NCBI GenBank assembly: GCA_030390025.1
Contig: CM059425.1
Location: 174,778,001 to 174,842,000 of the forward strand
Direction: 5' to 3'
Origin: Squalus acanthias
Taxonomy: Eukaryota
DNA length: 64,000 nt
How positions within the stretch are numbered: position 1 is the stretch's first letter; every line of letters begins with the position of its first letter. Under the pieces are notes generated by a model. It worked only from the letters and a program-made list of their open reading frames with translations. It was not told the origin of the DNA and ran no database searches. Shown here one piece after another: positions 24,851-38,057 of this stretch. The position numbers were made by a program, and so were the translations under genes.

Positions 24851-26589
24851 AAAAGGGTGGATGAAAAAATAAAATAAAATATATATATATATGTGATAGG
24901 GACTTTGGGAAACTGTTGGAAATAATTTTTCAAGGAATATTGTGCAGGATAATGAGTTGCCTAATACGGTTTATGATTCTTGTTATGGTATGTTTTTGGT
25001 CAGCTTGAGACTGACGGATTATACCTCCATTGAATTTCTCACCTGAACAACAGCTCTTTCTTGATCCTTAACTGCACTGAACTATCAATATTGGGTATGA
25101 CTTTAAATGATCCAGTTAGGCTTGAACGAAGTATCTGGTCCAATGGTAAGAGCTTAATAATGGCCTTCTTAAATGCTTGCTTGTAGTTATTTCTTTGCAT
25201 GTTGGTATACCTGTCAAATCTTTGTCTCTATAACTAGAGTCTCTGGAGAGTAACAGTCTCTGAAAGTCACATGGAGTTACAGTTGCCTTATTATTTGTAG
25301 AAACAAACAATCCTTCTAAAAACTTAATTATTTTTTCAAACTTAATGTTGATAAAAGAGCTCCCCCCCCCCCCCCCCATCACCCATCAAGTTGAATTGTG
25401 CGTGGAGAGTAACCTAGTACTGCAGAACATTGAGAGAGGTAGGTAAATCTAGTTTTACTGGACAAGTTGCTAGCTAAATTCTTCACACCTTATGTTATGA
25501 TGCATTGGAATGTTTGCCACATGCAGATCAAAAATTAACTTGACTGATTCATTTTTCTAATATTTCTGTGAATACTGCAGTTTGAAGCAAGATTTAAATC
25601 TTTAGAATCTTGGAAATCAGTTTGGGGATCTTGGTTGCTTCACATTACAATATGATATGTTTTTTACAACTTAGATATTTGATGTGTAAGTTGGATTTAT
25701 GTATGTATTTCAGCAGCATGATGGTTTCTAATTTCTGTTGAACAAAACTATGGTTTCTAATGATACAATAGTTCAAATGACTTGTGTTGGAGTTTCTCAG
25801 GTCATTATGATGATTCATGGTGTTACTCATTTAAATGATACACAACAGAAAAGCTTTTTTAAGCGTGATAACAATAAGCCATTTAAAAGGAGGTTTCATT
25901 TCAGAATTTAAATAATGATCTAAAGGGACATTCTGTGACTAATCTATGTAATATTGATCTTTCACCCCTTTCTTCACTAAAAATACTGTCATTAAGTCAC
26001 AATTGGAGCAATTAATGGGTTTCTATTTTCAGGCAAACATAATTGAGTGTCAGAGGAATTTGCAAATAAATGATTGTTCTAAATTTTTGAGATTATTTAC
26101 ATGACTGATTTGAAATGTTACAAGGCCAAGATGTGAAACACCAGACAAATTATTCTTATGGAAGGGGAAACTAAGAAGTGAGTTTAATGGAGGCAGGCTT
26201 TGTATTGTGGACAGAGTCCTATGGTTAAAGAATTAAGTTCGTTTGGAAGAAGAGTTTACATTGCGTAGTTTTATGTCTGTGCAGTAACTGATTTATTATT
26301 AGATTAGTTTGTATTGCTTGATTAACACTTTCGGATTTCATTGCATGTTTTAAAAGTAGTTTTGTGACTTTAAGTACCTAATAAGGTATTTCAGAAAAGG
26401 TTGCATAATGAGCATGATAATTTTAGTAGATTGCATATTCTGAATCTTATCATGATGCCTGATAGAATAGAACTAGCTTTGATGGAGCTTGGTAAATCAA
26501 GTTTAGAGGCTATTATCCAATACATATCGGCTGCAAGTGACGAGTTAATAACTTCAGTTCTTGTGTAGTTGAGTGCATGTTACTGCAAT

Positions 26590-26810
26590 GGAATTGGGTG
26601 GTGTAGTGGGTTAAGCATTGACCTTTCACCTCAGGTTCAAATCCAGCCCAGGCTGATATGATGAAAGTCACCTCTCTCTCTATTGACTATAACAGTCTTT
26701 TGTGAAGTGAGTTTTGGCAGTCTCAATCCAGTTTCTGGTGGATATGGGACTAATTTAGCAATCTCTGAGAGGCCACAGGATGACTGGTGTGGCAACTGGA
26801 AAAGAAAATG
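26590..26810 (+). mobile_element. LF-SINE-like tRNA SINE fragment
   Basis: CCTTTCACCTC, GGTTCAAATCCAGCCCAGG, GAAAGTCA, TGTGAAGTGAGTT..GTCTCAATCCAGTT.CTGGTGGA and GAGAGGCCA blocks in the order recalled for the LF-SINE consensus. Confidence 0.62.
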
Positions 26811-26814
26811 TTGC

Positions 26815-27370
26815 ATCGTAACATCTAGACTTGACTATTCCAATGCTCTCCTGGGCAGCCTCCCATCTTCCACCGTACATCAACTTGAGCTCATCCAGAA
26901 CTCTGCTGCCCGTAACCTAACTCGCACCAAGTCCCGTTCACCCTTCACCCTTATGCTCGCTGACTTATTTGGCTCCCAGTCCGGCAACGCCTCGATTTTT
27001 AACATTTTCATGCTTGTTTTCAAATCCCTCTGTGGCCTCGCCCCACCCTATCTCTGTTACCTCCATCAGCCCTACAACCCTGCGAGATCTCTGCACTCCT
27101 CCAATTCTGGCCTCTTGAGCATCCCTGATTCTAATCGCTACACCATTGCCCTTAGCTATGGAATTCCCTCCCTAAATCTCTGTGCTTCTCTACCTCTCCT
27201 CCATTAAGACGTTGCTTAAAACCTACCTCTTTGACCAAGTTTTTGGTCATCTGTCCTAATAAAACCTTATGTGGCTCAGTATCAAATTTTGATTGATAAT
27301 GTTCCTGTGAATAGCCTTGGGATGTTTTACTACGTTAAAGGCCCTATATAAATGCAAATTGTTGTTGTTT
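26815..27370 (+). mobile_element. L2 LINE 3' end
   Basis: TSRLDYSNALLGSLP...LIQNSAARNLTRTK; (TTG)n tail at ~27358-27370. Confidence 0.82.
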
Positions 27371-27862
27371 AAACTGGATAAAATGTTGCACTGGTACAGT
27401 AGGAAATGCTTTTCTGAAGCTGGAGCTGAGGCACATAATTTGGATAGAGTAGAGGTAACTTTACATCTGGAGTACCTGAGCTAGGAGTACTTGAGGTGAT
27501 GTGAGTATGTGAATTGGGAAGATTTCCAGTCACTACCACTAATGTACTTCACCTTGATGAGCACAAAAGTATCCTCTTTTTGGGTTTCCTCTGAAACTGC
27601 TTTTATATTGTTCTTGGGCCTGTGGTCTTACCTTGCAGTCTAGCCAAAATCAGGCACTTCCAAAGCAAAGGATTATGTCAACCATTGTTGAAGCAGATTC
27701 CATAAATTCTATAAAATGAGAATTAGCTTGTTGCTTGAACAAAAGGAATATCCGTGTGCTTGGGGAGCAAGCAGCAGAATGGGATTAAAATAATTGGCTC
27801 GCTTGAGACAAAATCCAGTTCAGACTTGATGATTCGAGTGGCTTGTTTCTGTGCTGCAACGT

Positions 27863-28620
27863 TGGCACAGAAATTGCTGCAAAAATAATGGCGAGTTCAC
27901 TGCGCCCACCATTATTAGTTCGTAAAAAAAAAACCCAGCAACTTGTGGCAAAGGGATACATCATGAGTTTCGATTTACTGCAAATTGCTGGACGATTTAT
28001 GCTGTTCCCCCATTAGCCTCGCAACCTTGCCATGAGCCTCCCTATAGACATTGATTGTGTGTCAAGTAATTGCTGGATTTGTGCCATTAATGCAAATTAA
28101 TCTCGACGTAGCCATTTAGGGCTGGTAATTCACGTTGTAAGGACCCTGTTAATGTGATTTATGGTCCTGACATGCCACGCAGCCTTGGAGGCCCAGAAAG
28201 GGAACAATGAAATTGTGGAGTCTCACTCCTGCAGGTAGTAAATTGTTCCTAGAGGTTTTTAAATTTTAAATAAAAAAAATTTTCTTGCATTTCCTTTGTC
28301 TTTTTTTCTCTCTCTCTCTCTCAATCCACTCTTTTTCCTTATCTTTATTTCTTTCCAGCTGTAATTTGACTCTAATTTACACTCTTTCTTTCTCCATTGT
28401 TCGCTCGGTTTCCTTCTCTATCCTTTTGTTTCATTGGTTAAGGACCACTGGGCACGACCTTCATGAGGTCCCAGATGTAACATTGACATCGCTGCGGCAT
28501 TATCAATTCCCATTTCCAACAATTTGTGGTGCAAATATAGTGTGATCTGAAGGCTGGGGTAAGTAGTCCAGGTCCCATCGCTCACCATGAGATGTGCCAT
28601 TCCAGCAATTTTTGAGCTAA
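27863..28620. mobile_element. MITE-like element related to 34804-35540
   Basis: Imperfect TIR TGGCACAGAAATTGCTG / CAGCAATTTTTGAGCTA; shared subterminal AAAATAA...CACCATTATT. Confidence 0.6.
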
Positions 28621-29979
28621 TGTGTTTCTGTAGCACATGTCCTACCTCTCTGAGTGACAGTATATTAGTCTACAAATGTGCTAGGCCACTGGACCACCTC
28701 TAGTGAAGCTACTTCACTGGTGTTTAATAACATTTAAATAAAGAACATTTTGTTTACCATCCAGGGTTCACTAGTCAGAGTTTATACTGTACACTGAGAC
28801 TCTGATAAGTTAATGAAAAATTTGCACATCTATTTGATGCAACAGAGTAAAAATCCAATAAAGTTACACATTGCTTTAGATTAATTAAGTCTCTCTGAAC
28901 AATGTCACTCTATCAGGATTTCACTCTGCAATTTGGTGACAAACTGTTTCATAGGTCATTCACCTACTTGTCTAATTTTGAACATTTTTTATTTTACAAA
29001 ATACAATAAGGAAACTTTGCAGATGGTCATATGCTGTATCTGTTTTCAGTTCAAATTACAGGAGACAGTTTGATTTAAAAACACGGGAATGCCAATATAC
29101 AATAAAACACAGCTCATTAAGACACGATGCAGTACTCCATTATGGAGAGGACTCAGCTGTAACCTCTTAAGATGTTTAATTTGTGATTCCATTCTACTGA
29201 GGAAATCGCAAGCAATATGATCAGCTGATGATAGAGGGCATTTATTTTTAAGTCGCAACCTGTCACTGCAGTTAATGCATTAATCACTAAGATGTAACTG
29301 ATTGCATTTAGCTGGCAAAGAGGAGCAGGAAGTGTTTGGGGAAGCAATCTGTCACACCAGTCAGTCTAGATTGTTCCTTAAATCAGATTTCAACTAATGT
29401 AGTCTGTAGGCGGGTTATCAATAATAATTAAGATTTTAAAGATGTGCTAATTTTATGCATTTTGGAAATAATGTCCATCTCTTTGTCCTGGGTATCTGCA
29501 GCTCTCTTTTGACTTGAGCTGACTCTTTTGTTTCTGCAAGGGATGCTAAGATTCATGGGAGGAGGGCCACTCTGTGTCTGAGGGCGAGGGAGGCGAGTCG
29601 GCGTTGTGGGTGTGGACTCTTTTGTCAGTAGGTACTCCTGGGCTGTTTGCCTGTCTTTTCTCTAAATAATTGGAACATTTTCTGTTATTTCAGGTTTCCG
29701 GCATTTGCGCATTTCTTTTTAGTCATTGGTTGAAGCTTGATACTGCTTCCTGAGAAAACATTTAAGTTAAGCCAAGAAGCTCTTGTAAAAGAGATGTTGA
29801 ATTGCTCATTAACAAATGAATATTGTTTGTACATTTTCAGTTTTGCATTAACTGCTTAGATTTTGCAATCAAGGGTCGGTGAAATGTCGTTGGTGTACTG
29901 AAGTTGATTTGCTTTTTGTGGTGGTGGTATACATTTTTCCCTAGAAATGTTTGACTCTCAAATTCCTTTAAGGATGGGC

Positions 29980-31250
29980 AGTCCAAAGAACAGAAACACT
30001 TGAAAATTGGGCTGTCCTCGTTAGATCAGAGGTGATTACAGGTTGATTTGATGTAGGTATTTAAAATTATGCTGGGATGGGAATAGATAGAAATAGACTG
30101 TTTCCAATGGTTATAGGAACATGGATATAAGATTAAACGTATGAGATTTAGAACAGAGAGCAAGAGAAGCATTTTTATCGTCATCTTCCAAAGCTCTCTT
30201 GATTTGGGAATTGTGTAGTTAGATTGGAAAATTGCTAATGCCTCTATTGTTTAAGAAAGGTGGGAGAGAGAAACCATTAACTACAGACCTGCCAGTTTAA
30301 CTTCAGTTGTGGTGAAGTTACTAGAATTTAACATTAGGGACAAAGTGATTGAGCTGATCAGAGAGAGTCTATCTATATGGACTTCAAGAAGGCATGTGAT
30401 TAGGTTCCACACAAGAGATAATTGGCCAAAATTGAAGTGCACAGAATTGGCAACAATCGAGTGACCTGGGTTGGAAATTGGTTGGGGGGTAGACGGATTT
30501 GTCTTGGTGGGCAAGGCAAAGTTGGGGGAAGCAGTACATGTTGGAGTGAGAGGGGTTTAGGAGATGGTTGGTAGTGGAGAAAAGAAGCCAGAATGATCTT
30601 GAAGTAGTTGGCATTTTTGGCAGAGGGGTAACCCATGGCTAAATTACTTGTGTGCCAGATACCAATGTGCACCCTTTGGCGTTGAGGGAGCGAAGATGGG
30701 GGCCATATTAATGAAAAAGACTTGCATTTATATAGTGCCTTTCACGACCACCGAACATCCTAAAGCACTTTACAGCCAATGAAGTACTTTTGAAGTGTAG
30801 TTACTGTTGTAATGTAGCAATGATATCGACTGGGTTAAAAGAGAGTAAATGTTTCACGGGGACAAGGGCAACAAAGGTGGACGTGAGGGACTGGTTGAGC
30901 AAATTGACAGCTGCAGAAGTATTGTGGCGAATGGAGGCCCAACACCAAGGCAGTTGAGATTTAGAAAGTGCAGTTATAAGTGACTTAGGGGAGAATTTTT
31001 TCCAGAGATAGACACAAAAGGAAGTAAAGTTAGGAAGGGGTAGAGCGATGTATGTGGTAGAGGATACACGAAAGTGGTCAGAGGTGGCCATCTCTGTGAT
31101 TGAGACCTTGGCAGTAGAGAGGCACAGGAAACGGCAAGGTCGAGGGGCAGGTCATAAATATGGGTGGGAGTGTTTATATGGAAGGAGATGGTTAAGGAGG
31201 GCAGTGAATTCCGAGGAGAGCTTTGTTGATAGCACCATAGTCATCGCTTC
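29980..31250. mobile_element. Mosaic of degraded CR1 (+), L2 (-) and SINE fragments
   Basis: Residual LFKKGGREK..NYRPASLTSVV at ~30245-30315; SINE tail at 30715-30820. Confidence 0.55.
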
Positions 31251-31404
31251 TTAAAAGATTCCTTTCTTCCTCCTAAACTGCAAATATTCTATCCTATTAT
31301 TTCTCATCCTTACATCTTCACTATGTTGAAATTATGACTAATTGCACAGTCCTACTCCTAGCTCATTGTTTCTGAGGATCTCATTCCTTTCCCTCTACAA
31401 TCTT

Positions 31405-32850
31405 GCGTCAGTAGGTTGTAGGTTCAAATACCACTCCAGCAAGTAATCTAGGCTGATACTTCAGTGCAGTACTGAGGGGATTGTCAGAGGTGCTGTCGTT
31501 TGGATGTTGAGCCAAAGCTATGCCAGTTCAGGTAAAGAAAGACTTGCATTAATATAGTGCCTTTCACGACTCCGGACGTCCCAAAGCGCTTTACAGCCAA
31601 TGAAGCACTTTTGAAGTGCAGTCACTGTTGTAATGTAGGAAATGCGGCAGCCAATTGCGCACAGCAAGCTCCCACAAACAGAAATGTTATAATGACCAGA
31701 TAATCTGTTTTTGTTATGTTGATTGAGGGATAAATATTGGCCAGGACACCTGCTCTTCTTCGAAATAGTGCCATAGGATATTTTACGTCCACCTGAGAGA
31801 GCAGATGGGGCCTCGGTGGACATGAAAGATCCCACAACAGTATTCAAAGTAGAGCCAGGATTTGTGTGTCCTCGGGCCAACATTGCTCCCTTAGCCAACA
31901 TCAAAAAATATGGCCCTGAATTTGTGGTCGGTGTGATGGCGTACTCTGAGTATGCTGTCAATACCACCTTTGAAACTGACCACAGCTTCGGGATTTGGCG
32001 TATGGACAAGCGCATGCGGAAATCTCGAAGTTGCAGTCTGTCAGTGACCGCTCCAAAACTGGCTGCACTGTCCCCACCCTCCACAGAACTGGCAATCCGT
32101 GAAATCTCATAAATCATTGAAACTGACGAAAACTTCGGCTCTTCCACAGTAAGTACACTGTTAAATTTCCCACTAAAAGTTAGACCCAAGGTGATTTCGG
32201 TGTAACTGGGGTTTCAACAGCGTATTGACTGCTAAACAAATGTTAAGGGCCTGGAAAACTAATTTAAATTTTGTACAGTGTGAAATTTGTCCACTTTAAT
32301 AAAAATTGCAATTTTTAAGAAATTTCCCCCCCAATTTTTTTAACATTTTTCTTTACGTTTGTGCATCTTTATTTTAGGTTTGCCTTTTCCCCACGTGAGA
32401 GCTGCAATCATTCTTTTGCTCGCGCTAACTATTTTAAAAAGTTAAAATTTTATGGGCTTGCCCGTTTCCTTGTTTGCTGTCTGTGAATTTTGCCTTTTGA
32501 TTGGCTGCTTAGACAGTCTGTTGACGTCACAGCACTTCGCACGAGGCGATCCCCATTAAGTTCTGTTGAATTGAATTCAAGGTCGGAAAACCCTAAGTTC
32601 TCGACACAGGGATTGCGAGATCACTGTGTGGAGTGTACTTCAGGGCCAGCAGCGAACACCTTTGCTTCGCTGCTGGCCGCAAATTCTGGGCCATTCAACA
32701 TTAACTGGCCATTCATTTCATTTACTATTTGTGGGGCCTTGCTGTGTGAAATTGGCTACTGTGTTTGTGTAAATAACAACAGTGGGCTACAATTCAAAAG
32801 TAATTTATTGGCTGTGTAGTGCTTCAAGATGTCCTGAGGATGTGATGGGC
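31405..32850 (+). mobile_element. Deu-domain-type SINE split by an antisense SINE (~31530-31815) and a MITE (31912-32692)
   Basis: Head GGTTGTAGGTTCAAA; body pieces resume in order at 31816 and 32695, colinear with the more intact copy at 51610-52010. Confidence 0.65.
31912..32692. mobile_element. MITE-like element with terminal inverted repeats
   Basis: GGCCCTGAATTTGTGGTC ... GGCCGCAAATTCTGGGCC; same family as 12435-13168. Confidence 0.8.
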
Positions 32851-33679
32851 TTTTTTTTCCTATCCATCCATCCAACCCTAGATTTGAGGTCACCTTATCA
32901 CCACTTCCTGATTGACCTTTTTTATTTTCAAATTCAGTGATGTTCTGCACCATGGCTTGGCCCTTCACCAAGGGATTTCTCAGTTGAAAACGTAGTGTAT
33001 TTCTAGATGGTTGATTTTACATTCTTTGGACCAATTTTGCGCAGATTGGTTTCTTTGGATATCACTCCTTTTTAATTGACTCCTACCTGAACTACATATT
33101 GTAATGTTGATTCTTTATTTATTTATTTTCTGCATTACAGCTAGTAATTTTATTGTAATTCTTACAAAATGGTCTTGTTTGTTATTTTCACCATGTTCCT
33201 GTTTGTTAGTGAACATTCTGGCATTATGTTGCAATAGGGGAGCCAAGAGCTGATTTATGTACAGGACCTAACCAGATGCTTCAATAAACTTGAGGCCACC
33301 TATTCAGTGTAACACAGGCTGGTGCATTCTTTTTTGGGAAGAATTATTTTATTCATATCTCACCTCATACTGCCCTCAGTCTTGGTAAATTATATTGCTT
33401 GTTATTAACATGTCATATGGCTAATAGATCTATTGTATGTACTAATATCCTCAGATTCTCCTTTACAACTGTAAAATTATTGCATTCTTGTATTTCAGAT
33501 CTGGGTGGAGGTGTCCTTCACATGTACAAATGGGTTTATCATCAGTATTGTAAAAACGTTCTTTAATAAACCTGCATTTGTCATTGTTTTTCCCCTGGCC
33601 TCTGCAGTAAAGTTATTTTAAATACTGAGAGTTTCTTTTGTCTTGTACAAGTGCTTGGTCCAATTGTCGCTTAAAATAA

Positions 33680-34000
33680 ATCTGTGCTGTACTCTCTACA
33701 ATGTCAGTATATCCTTCCTGAGGTGTGGTGCTCAGTACTGAATGCAGTACTCCAGATGGGTCTGACCAAGGCTCTGTATAATTGTAGCATAACTTCTTGC
33801 CCTTTGTGTTCCAACCCTCTTGAGATAAAGGCCAACATTCCGTTTTGATTACTTTTTGTATCTGTCCAAGAGCACTTTTGTGTTTTGTGTACTTGGACAT
33901 CTAAATCCCTTTGCTCCTCCACATTTTCTAGTCTCTCGCCATGAAAAAAAAATTCCAATTTGTCTTTGTTCCAAAGTGGGTTACCTCATGCTTCTCCATG
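33680..34000 (-). mobile_element. CR1 ORF2 C-terminal fragment
   Basis: GMLAFISRGLEHKGQEVMLQLYRALVRP. Confidence 0.75.
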
Positions 34001-34803
34001 TAAAACATGCTAAATTGCTTAATCAACTGACATTTTAGTCTGGCAACTCATGATGATGAAGTGCTAAGTTTCATTAATGGCTTTATATGGGTTATCAACT
34101 TAAACAGTGTGAGGGCGATTTGTCACCATTGATTGCTAAGGTTGATTCGCAAGGCATAGTTGGTTAGGCGGGTGTCCCCTTCCCTCACAGCTCCAAATGC
34201 ATCTTTCCTGAAGCTTAGCGCTCGGCCGCAGAGGGTGAATGCCTAGAAGAGGACCACTCCACCGGTCTAGGGTATATGACGTAGCTATTCCCTTGCAAGA
34301 CCAAACGACCAAGACCATTACTAGGTTCACATAGGGAAGTCAAGCTCCAAAACCCTGAAGATAGTTTTTCCTTTGTAATTGTATTGGATCAAAGCAGTAC
34401 CTGGTGTTTTAAATCCAAATAGTCAGTTGATGCCAATCTTCAAATCCCTATTAATTTGAAACTCATTAATCCTAATATATTTCATCTATAGTTACTTCAT
34501 TAGAGTTGTGTGCAAAGTGTGAAATACATAGGGATTATTAACAAGCTGGAAATCTATGGGAACTGCAAACAAATGTAATTTTGCTGCCGAACAACAGTTA
34601 TTGATTACCTGCTAGTAATGTGAAGTACGCAGTGTGGAAATTATCTGAAGTTGATCACAGAATCTTAATAGGCTTTTGTAGAAGCTCTGAGTTTAAGCTT
34701 CTGATGGCATCTGTGTTATAAATATTACAAGAGTTGGTAATTACGAACTGTATTTCCCAATATGGTGAGCACAACTTTAGTATTAAGTTTTTATTGTTAA
34801 TAA

Positions 34804-35540
34804 TGGCCTGGAATTTGCAGTAAAAATAACCCGGTGAGGCTATCAGCGCTCACCATTATTAAGGAGTAAATCGAACAGCAATTTCTGGTGTCCGCACATG
34901 CGCAAAAATCAGGAGGTTGCTGTCAGAGATGCCCTGCTCCTCTAGAAGTTGCATTATCTAGAGGAGACTTGGCATTTAAATACATGCAGTATGTGAAGTT
35001 GGGGTACTTGTGTGATAGATACCACTAAAGTCGCCAGAAAACGGTTAGGGCTTGTCCATTCAAGTGCAAGTGAATTTTTAACAGTGTGATAATTGTTCAT
35101 TACTGCCAAACAGCCTCCCCGGCACGAAAATTAACTTTTACAAGTGTGGAGCCTCATTCCTTCAGATTTTAATTATTGTTGGAGATTTTAAAAATTTTTA
35201 AACTTTAAACATTTTTTTTTACTTTAAGTCTCTTCGCTCTATCTCTTAATCACCTCTTTCCCTCTCTTTATTTCACTTTCTGCACATAATTTTGCATTGA
35301 ATTAACTATTCTAATTTACACTTCCTGGTTTAGACTCTGCGTGCCTCAGTAAGGATTTTTCAATCTGTGGTTAAGGAGACACACCGTTGCTTGCCCTGTT
35401 CAGACAGGTCCCAGATCCCCTGTAGAGGATGCCACCCTGTTTTTGATTTCTAATAACCACAACTTTCAGTCTGTGGGCAAGTGTAAGTGTAATGAACGGT
35501 GAGCGCCATTCATTCGCCGCTGACTGCAAAATCCGGGTCA
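34804..35540. mobile_element. MITE-like element with TIRs, flanked by TAA/TTA
   Basis: TGGCCTGGAATTTGCAGT ... ACTGCAAAATCCGGGTCA. Confidence 0.75.
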
Positions 35541-36959
35541 TTATGTCTAACTGTTGTAATGTAATTTTAAAAACTAATTTTAAATTGGAAACTCTGCTCG
35601 ATAAGGGCTACTTGTTAGAGGAGTTATGTGGGGGGAGGGGCGGGGACACACTGAGTGAGGTGCCCCTTGGCATGGTATTGGGATAAGTACTGTTTCTAAT
35701 TTATATCAATAACTTAGATCAGAAATTCAAAGCAAATTGGTCAAATTTTCAGACGATACCAAGCTAGCAGAAACAGTGGAATCAAAGAAGACAGAACAGA
35801 AATTACAGAATGAGTTAAACAAAAAGGCGTGTGGCAGAACAGTGACAGATAAATGTGAAGTGTGGCATATAGGCAGGAAAAATGGGCCAAGTAGAGTCCA
35901 AGAACTATGCTGAAATAGCTTAGGATGAAATTGAAAGAAACGTAGGAGTCTTGCCAGACGTGACGCTCAACATGTCCAAGCACTACAGAGCAGCAATCAA
36001 CAAAGAATGTTTCAACAGATAGCGACAACAATAGAATACAAGTCAGAGGAAGTAATGATTAAATCACTCCATGAGTACTGTCTCCATTTGTGATCGCCAG
36101 GAAAGAAGGGAATGGTCAAATATCATCTGGAAGTCTAGGTACAACATGTCATGATGCTGCAGTCCACTTCAAAAAACGTCAAGGAGATTATTCCTCTTTT
36201 GTATCCACATTGACTGCTGTTCACTCAGTTATTATTGTACAGATAATCTTTGTTTCCACAGATACTGCCTGACTTGCTGAGTGTTTTAAGCATTTTCTGA
36301 TTTTATTTCAGAGTTCCACCATCTGTAGTATTTTGCTTTTTGTTAATGGATCTGTAGTTGCTCAAGTCTATTGTGTTGCCCTTTTTGAAAATGGGCACCA
36401 CGTTGGGTCTGCTTCCAACTTACAGTCATTAGAGAGTATCTTGCAAATCTCTTCTGTAATCTCTCAGCACTTTGGGATAAATACAATTTATCCCTGGGGG
36501 TTTATTGTTTTTAAGTCCTTTCAGTGTGTCCGGGACATCCATCTTATTTACATGAAAGTCATTAATTTTGCCTGGGTTAACTCTGTTTGAGGAGGGCATG
36601 CTGCTTATGTCTTCCCTTGCAACTGCTTGGAGGAAGTAGTCACATAGATTCTGTGCTGTCTTATGCTGTCTTTTGTTTCGAGTGCATTTGCATTTTTTGG
36701 TTCTTGCCTCTGCTCTAACTGCCTCCATACTATACAAGTCCTGAAATAACTTCTTACTGTTAGGCTATGCATCTTCAGCTCTGTTTTTGTTTAGGTTTTT
36801 CTTTCGGCCTCTGATCACACTGTTTTAAATTATTTCTCCACGTTCTAATTTTCATCACAGTGGAATAAAATGTATATGCCATTAATGGTATGATATACAG
36901 CTTTATATCCTTATCTAAGGAGCCTACTTTTAACAATCTCATTTTTATTGAAACTTTAG

Positions 36960-37470
36960 TACCTAAAAAAAAAAAGTGTTGATGAATTCAGTTCAGTACA
37001 ATTGGGGGCTGGGAGCAGCACGGGGAGGGGGTTGGGAACAATTGGGAAGCAGAGGGGGTGGGGGGCAGTTAGGGAACGATCGGCGGCTGGGAAGTGGCAG
37101 GCGACATCGGGGGGATCGGAAGCCTGCTGGGGTCTCCGATCGCGGCGGGGGGGTGGGTTCGGTCGGATGCTGGATCCAGGAGCTAAGTGTAAAGGCACAT
37201 ACCTCCTAGATGCAGCAGTCCTCTCCTTACTTTAGCTGGCGGGTTTCACAAGGCCTGCAAAATCCGACCAGCTAAAGTTTAATTAAAAATGGAGGTTAAA
37301 TCAGAGGCTCCCAACCTCATTATAATAGTTAAATGGACGACCTGCCTCCTGGCAGCGGGTTGGCAATTCCCCGTTCCTAATCCCCCCCCGCCCCCCCCCC
37401 CCCGGTCCCGCTACCGTTAAAACTGGAAGTGGGCGGGTTGGAAGCAGGTTTTTTTAGGTTAAAATTCCCC
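36960..37470. mobile_element. GC-rich partial non-autonomous DNA-transposon remnant
   Basis: CpG-rich patch with recurring GCGGGTT motifs and an end AAAATTCCCCC resembling the MITE termini; other end not found. Confidence 0.4.
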
Positions 37471-38057
37471 CCATGATGTCGAATGGAAAAAGGACAAAGA
37501 TGATATCAGATGGAGTCTTGGAAAAAGAATTCCCTGCTGTGAAATACAGTTAAATTGGAGCTAAAGTAAAGAATCTCTTGGGACAGTAATCTTTTATGAC
37601 TGTGACAAATCATTATTTGGGGAAATTACTGTCGTTGTAGAACTCTTGTTTCCTTATTCTTTTTCGAGGATGTGCTTTAATTCAGATAGCTGCCTCCCCT
37701 CCCTTTGCCCCTTAGTTGTTCCCGTAAGACAGCAAATTTCACAGGAGAGGTTTTATTTTGTCACTAGCCCCTTCAAAGGAACTATCTGGGCTACACATAC
37801 CTTGATTCACTACCTGGATCATTCCTCCAGTAGCCAACAGAAATTCATGTTTATCATTTTCTTGACATTGTAAAATCTTCAGTAGCAGCCATTAATTGCT
37901 TTGTTAAGATGGATAGCCTTTTAACACACAATGATGTATTGTTTATTGCAGCTTACTTAAAATGCACAAGTGAAATTAGAGTTGCTAACAAGACATTTTA
38001 ATAAATGTTATAATAGGTTTGTGTTGCTGATTAGACCAAAGACCAGTTTTCTGTATT

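Noticed and set aside
26683-27207. 174-aa protein-coding gene
   Set aside because: Chance read-through from a SINE into an L2 ORF2 C-terminal fragment.
31518-32189. 223-aa ORF
   Set aside because: Spans a MITE and two SINE fragments; no recognisable domain.
36990-37460. CpG-island promoter such as APC 1B
   Set aside because: It lies downstream of exon 1A, whereas human 1B is upstream; it resembles a GC-rich transposon arm and shows no recognisable 1B exon similarity.
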